Source of the DNA: Patescibacteria group bacterium
Lineage (GTDB): Bacteria > Patescibacteriota > Patescibacteriia > UBA10025 > JAHIVO01
DNA length: 64,000 nucleotides
Assembly: GCA_028718605.1 (NCBI GenBank)
Contig: JAQULM010000001.1
Coordinates: 19,244-83,243 of the forward strand
Reading direction: 5' to 3'
The translations under genes and the position numbers were made by a program. Positions 59,467-64,000 of the stretch are shown one piece after another. The notes beneath the pieces are model-generated. The model was not told where the DNA came from. It did no database searches and saw nothing but the letters and a program-made list of their open reading frames with translations. Numbering within the stretch: position 1 is the stretch's first letter; every line of letters begins with the position of its first letter.

Positions 59467-59835
59467 ATGCCAATAAGGCGTTTTATTATTTCAGTTATTT
59501 TATTAGTATTGTTGCTTTTTGGAGTAAGCTTGATTATCTCGTTGTGGATTCCTCTTATTCAAGCGATGAAAATTACTTTTGGGACTTTTACGGTTATTGT
59601 ATTACCAGGGATTTCTTGGACATGGGTATTTTATGAAAAAAGGGAAATTGATTTTATAGAACGAATTATTATCTCTATCGCACTTTCTATTGCATTTATC
59701 CCATTGCTCTTATATATTTTAAAAAAGTTAAAAATGGAAATGTCCTTATTTACTATTCTGATTGCAATTGGAATTTCTTTTATTAGTGGTATTGCTGTTC
59801 TATTTATTAAAAAATTACAGAAAAATGGACATTAA
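59467..59835 (+). CDS. DUF1616-like 4-TM membrane protein
   Basis: VLPG..W..VF....IDFIERIIISIALSIA motif. Confidence 0.75.
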   Translation: MPIRRFIISVILLVLLLFGVSLIISLWIPLIQAMKITFGTFTVIVLPGISWTWVFYEKREIDFIERIIISIALSIAFIPLLLYILKKLKMEMSLFTILIAIGISFISGIAVLFIKKLQKNGH

Positions 59836-59906
59836 TAAGCAATTACTTATCAAGCTTGCAAGGAATAGTGTAATAAATAAACTCGTTTTTTGGAAAAGCG
59901 TATGAA

Positions 59907-59942
59907 GTTCTTGCTTACTAAGTAAGAACAATATCTTTTTTA
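59907..59942 (+). terminator. Possible terminator hairpin after the wzx operon
   Basis: GTTCTTGCTT-ACT-AAGTAAGAAC stem (one G-U pair) with a T-run shortly after. Confidence 0.35.
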
Positions 59943-60149
59943 TGTTTACACCTTTTTAATAATTAGTCTATTAACTAGTTCAATCGGCTCATATATTAGT
60001 TCAATTTAAGACGAAGTAACATTAATATTATTTAATTGAAATGATAGTAAGATTAAACTTTTAATTCTTTTAAATAATAATTACATTTTTAATTTAATTA
60101 AAAATATTTTTCATAAAGGTACAGTATAAATTAAAAGGATTATAATATC

Positions 60150-61568
60150 ATGGCAAAAAAATATCAACAACTTATTAACGACTTGAAGGAATTTGAATTA
60201 AAAAATCATATTGAAAATTTATCGTTTCACGATCTCGACCTCTGGCCATTGGTTCGATTCAAAATTTTTATGAAATTGGTGACTGAAAAAAAAAGTAAAA
60301 GTAACCAAACTCTATTTTCAATAATAAAATTTTTAATATTTGCTTTTTTAAAAAACAACTTTAAAAAACTAAATTCCTTCACAGATATCAAATATATTTT
60401 TCTTGGTTCTGAAAATGGACGAAGGACTTTAAAACATGATAAAAGATATCACATTTTCATTGACGCACTAATTGATAAATATGACATTGAGAATTACTTA
60501 GTATTTGAATTAAATAATTCATATCCAGATATCCAAAAATACTCAAAAAATATATTGAGTATTGATTGGCTTATGATAAAAAACCGCTTTTTAGCAAATC
60601 TTCTTTATTTTGTAACGCCAATTACTTCCTATGAGCTTGGTAAGCTGCTAAAAGATTGGGATTTTAGTTACCTATCAATAACAAAGGCGGAAATAAAAAA
60701 AATGTTACACCTAACATACTTAGAGTACAAAGCAAACGCACATTCATTAAAACGAATAATAAAAAAAATTAGGCCAAAGATTCTTTTTCTCACCTGTTCG
60801 TATTGTTATTGGAACAACATGGCGATCCAGTTTTTTAATAAAAAAAATATAAAAACTGTCGAACTTCAACATGGTATAATTAATGAAAATCATGTTGGTT
60901 ATATTTATCCACAAAAGCGTACAGGCAATAGCATTCCTACACATTTTTTAGTTTTTGGAAAAAAAGAATTTGATATTTTAAAAGACAAAATAGATTCAAA
61001 CATTATTATTGAAGGTAACAACTATTTTCAATTAATACAAGAAAATAATTGTTTTGTGGAAAAAGATATCAATTTAGTCTGGCCGCAATTGAAAAATAAA
61101 AAAATTATCCTTGTAACTTCCCAGATGCTTACGTCGAGTGATTTGATCCCTTTTTTTGAAAAGGTGTCTAACTTGTTGAGCCCGGAATACTTTATTGTTT
61201 ATAGATTGCATCAGAATGAACGCGCAGGTTTTACGAAGAATAAATACTATAATTTACTTTTGAAAAAGAATGTTGTTATCCAAACTGATGATCGAATCTC
61301 ACTGCCCCAGCTTTTAAAAATAGCTTCAGTTCATACTAGTGTTTTTTCAACCGTTCTAGAAGAAGCTATAGCATTCTCTACGCCGAATATTATTATTAAA
61401 AAAGATGGATGGAAAAATGTGGAATATTTAGTGAAAAAAGGCTTTGCAGTTGCTGTCGACACACCTGAAGAATTTGTTGATTTAATCAAAAACTTTAAAA
61501 AAATGCCAAACATACAATCAGATTATTTCTATATAAAACAATCTAACGGACTTAAGCAGATATTATAA
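60150..61568 (+). CDS. Putative nonulosonic-acid (sialyl-type) transferase, GT-B fold
   Basis: ELQHGII, YRLHQNE and FSTVLEEA motifs; adjacent to neu/leg genes. Confidence 0.6.
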   Translation: MAKKYQQLINDLKEFELKNHIENLSFHDLDLWPLVRFKIFMKLVTEKKSKSNQTLFSIIKFLIFAFLKNNFKKLNSFTDIKYIFLGSENGRRTLKHDKRYHIFIDALIDKYDIENYLVFELNNSYPDIQKYSKNILSIDWLMIKNRFLANLLYFVTPITSYELGKLLKDWDFSYLSITKAEIKKMLHLTYLEYKANAHSLKRIIKKIRPKILFLTCSYCYWNNMAIQFFNKKNIKTVELQHGIINENHVGYIYPQKRTGNSIPTHFLVFGKKEFDILKDKIDSNIIIEGNNYFQLIQENNCFVEKDINLVWPQLKNKKIILVTSQMLTSSDLIPFFEKVSNLLSPEYFIVYRLHQNERAGFTKNKYYNLLLKKNVVIQTDDRISLPQLLKIASVHTSVFSTVLEEAIAFSTPNIIIKKDGWKNVEYLVKKGFAVAVDTPEEFVDLIKNFKKMPNIQSDYFYIKQSNGLKQIL

Positions 61569-61630
61569 TTTATACTTTGTAGTATATTATTAAATATTCT
61601 GCAAAACTATCAATGAACACGCAATTATTA

Positions 61631-63094
61631 CTATTGAATACCTAAATCGTAAACAACGAATTCGTTCTCATGAAACAGGATAGGATACACTTGATTAAAA
61701 AAGAGCGTCGATTTTAATTTATTTACTGCTAAAAAGACGCGCTTATTCAAGTAAAATTTCTTTAGTTTATCGGCATTTAGTACATCGTTTTTGTATAGTT
61801 CCGAATAAATGCTATTTCTTGATTCAAAATTATTATAAACTAAAAAGCCACTATGTGTAAGTAGTGCGCTAGAATTTAACAGTACCGTGTTGTCATCAAT
61901 ATTATTATTGAGCCAATTTGCCTGATTAATTTGTGAATTACTAATAGCTACTCCACCGTGGATGTTATTTACTGTTACAACAAGACTTATCACTAAAAAA
62001 ACAAAGAGGCAAATAAAAACTAGAGGATAGTGAATAATATTTAATCTTTTTATCCCATACCCGGCAAGAAAAATAGTTGGAATTAATAAATATATTAACA
62101 TTCTTGCAGTGGGAATGAAAAGATGGAGCTGAGAACCCCTTGTTAATGCAAATGTAGCAACAACCCATGTAATTAAAAGATATTTTTCTCTTCCTTGAGT
62201 AAAGAATAAGACACAAGCTGCAATAATTGCGAAGAACAACGTCACTGGACCGATGCTCTTGATTAGTGATAACCATGAAATTGGTATATATTTGCTACTA
62301 TTACTTTGTGAAATTAATGTAAGTGCAGTTTCACCGACATTATTAACTGCATATCGTTGATAACGATTAATTAAATTTGATAAAACAGGTGAGGATACTA
62401 TAAATAGTAATAAGATAAAAACAAAAATTTGAAGTATAATTTTTTTTCTATTTGTTCGGTTTTTTACGAAATCACTAGCAATATAAAAAATAAAAGGGAA
62501 AAGGATTATGCCAAGGATAATCGCCGAAGGGTAATGAATGAGAAGACTTGCTGCGCAATAGATAGGTAAAGCGGCTTGAATTTTTCTATTCCGAATAGAT
62601 TTTACAACTTCGTAAAATACTAAAATATGAAATGGAATTACTAAATTTTCGGGAAATGTAATTATTGCGCGGAAAAAAACATAATTTGAACAAAGGAAAA
62701 GTAACGAAACTATTAAAGCAACGATTTTATTTTTAAATAGATAAGCTGCAACAAAAAAAATAATAAAAACTGTAAAAACTCTTGTAAAAAGTCCAAATAG
62801 TTTAAATAAATCTAAATAAGAAATGTCAGTCACTTCATGAAATGCAACTAAAAAAGTCCTCATGGAACTCGGGTACTCTGCATCGATCTTGCCACCTCCA
62901 AAAGTAGGTACTTCAGTTCCCAAAGGATTATGTGCGTCTAAAGCCTGGGTAATCGTGTAATGAAACCCCGGATCTAAAGTATAAAGATACGGTATCCGAT
63001 AAACTTCTTTTATTCCAAAAAGACTAAAAACGATGCAAAACAAAATAAGGATTAAAAATGGTATTTTAGAAATAATTCTTTGCTTATTAATCAT
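61631..63094 (-). CDS. Multi-pass GT-C-like membrane protein (DPxFH and YP loop motifs)
   Basis: TM1, then LDPGFHY..EYP, FPE, HY and RMLIY, and C-terminal AxWL; ATG 63094 overlaps the upstream GT stop. Confidence 0.65.
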   Translation of the reverse strand: MINKQRIISKIPFLILILFCIVFSLFGIKEVYRIPYLYTLDPGFHYTITQALDAHNPLGTEVPTFGGGKIDAEYPSSMRTFLVAFHEVTDISYLDLFKLFGLFTRVFTVFIIFFVAAYLFKNKIVALIVSLLFLCSNYVFFRAIITFPENLVIPFHILVFYEVVKSIRNRKIQAALPIYCAASLLIHYPSAIILGIILFPFIFYIASDFVKNRTNRKKIILQIFVFILLLFIVSSPVLSNLINRYQRYAVNNVGETALTLISQSNSSKYIPISWLSLIKSIGPVTLFFAIIAACVLFFTQGREKYLLITWVVATFALTRGSQLHLFIPTARMLIYLLIPTIFLAGYGIKRLNIIHYPLVFICLFVFLVISLVVTVNNIHGGVAISNSQINQANWLNNNIDDNTVLLNSSALLTHSGFLVYNNFESRNSIYSELYKNDVLNADKLKKFYLNKRVFLAVNKLKSTLFFNQVYPILFHENEFVVYDLGIQ

Positions 63095-64000
63095 ATATCG
63101 TGTTATACTGTTTCGCCAACACAGTCCAATCATAAGCTTGAATTGCTTCTCTCGCTTCATGAGATGATTTTTTTGTATTAAAGGAAATCTCCAAAAGTTT
63201 TTCAATAAAGGAGTCCACGCTGAAATTATAGAGATAGACATTGCTCAATTCTTTGGCAATTTCGCGATGCGCAATTATGTCAGATGCTAAAACAGGAACA
63301 TTGCAGGCAAGATATTCAAGAATTTTTAAAGGAAAACTACAACGATAGGCAAGGTTATCGGGTAAATGACATATACCGACATCAAGCGACGAGATATACT
63401 TTGGTACATCGTCATGTTGGACTCTCCCTGTAAAAATAATTGATTTTGAGATACCAAGGCTATGAGATAAAGACTCTAAATCATTTTTTGCCGGACCATC
63501 CCCAACGAAAACGAGTTTATATTGAGAGTGATGAGCGAGAAGATGCTTGAACGCCTGCACAATAAAAATTAAATCGCGCTCATACGCAAACCCGCCGACA
63601 AAACCAATTACTATATTCTTAGGACTTCCTGCTAAAGATTTTTTAATTTCTTCGCAACGGACATAATGAAATTGTTGAGTATCAACTCCTGGTGGAATGA
63701 CAAATACTTCTTTATTCTTTAATCGTAATTTTTTTATATATAAATCACGTAATGTGTTACTGACAAAAACAAAACGCCATACGAACTTTGATAATATATA
63801 TTCGGAAAAATAAGCAATTGTTCTAAAAATTGAAGCGTAAATGGGATTAATATGCTTTCTCAAAACAGCTACATCAATCCATGGACTCCTTACATTATAG
63901 ATAATTTTTATCTTTTGGAAGATAAAAACTTTAAATAAAACAGCCCCTAATAACGAGGAGTTTGGTCGTATGCAATGGATTATATCGATTCGATTTTTTT
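63087..64000 (-). CDS. Glycosyltransferase family 4, 5' end beyond the window
   Basis: Frame open to the window edge (..DIIHCIRPN..); PPGVD, GFVG, VGDG and FPLKILEYLAC. Confidence 0.9.
   Translation of the reverse strand, partial: KNRIDIIHCIRPNSSLLGAVLFKVFIFQKIKIIYNVRSPWIDVAVLRKHINPIYASIFRTIAYFSEYILSKFVWRFVFVSNTLRDLYIKKLRLKNKEVFVIPPGVDTQQFHYVRCEEIKKSLAGSPKNIVIGFVGGFAYERDLIFIVQAFKHLLAHHSQYKLVFVGDGPAKNDLESLSHSLGISKSIIFTGRVQHDDVPKYISSLDVGICHLPDNLAYRCSFPLKILEYLACNVPVLASDIIAHREIAKELSNVYLYNFSVDSFIEKLLEISFNTKKSSHEAREAIQAYDWTVLAKQYNTIYD

Noticed and set aside
63095-63241. N-terminal extension of the 61631..63241 ORF
   Set aside because: It overlaps the GT4 gene in another frame; ATG 63094 gives a normal short overlap

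Overview
The window looks like a chromosomal segment of a Patescibacteria (CPR, probably Parcubacteria/ABY1-like) genome. This is inferred from gene content: a monoderm type IV pilus locus without pilQ, FG-GAP, PEGA and GT39 proteins, few Shine-Dalgarno motifs, and genetic code 11. Positions 1-42.8 kb hold moderate-GC core genes: an FG-GAP surface protein (partial), a CPA2/Kef antiporter, orphan membrane proteins, a PrsA-like PPIase, pgeF, secA, a reduced dcw cluster (mraY-murD-ftsW-murG-murC..murB), a GT39 transferase, pilB-pilC-three minor pilins-pilMNOP, rpmA, pyrG, rplI, acyP, ctpA, murA, a PEGA protein and an ahcY-cupin-Nudix-rmlB-HD-rmlD-rmlC-rmlA operon. From about 42.8 kb to the end is an AT-rich surface-glycan region with GT-C transferases, a Cys-rich DUF11 adhesin, wbpB/D/E-like genes, a six-gene legionaminic-acid-type pathway, wzx and glycosyltransferases. 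I saw no tRNA, rRNA, CRISPR array or transposase. The best leads are: a membrane-anchored BCCP-like protein lacking the biotin lysine; an orphan membrane gene with mutually exclusive 5'UTR/RBS versus 5'UTR/3'UTR pairings; a minor pilin carrying a circularly permuted lectin-like domain; a CTP synthase with a remodelled feedback site; and a CYTH-like pseudoenzyme fused to a TM helix and Cys-rich domain. All family calls are by-eye motif recognition; no searches were run.
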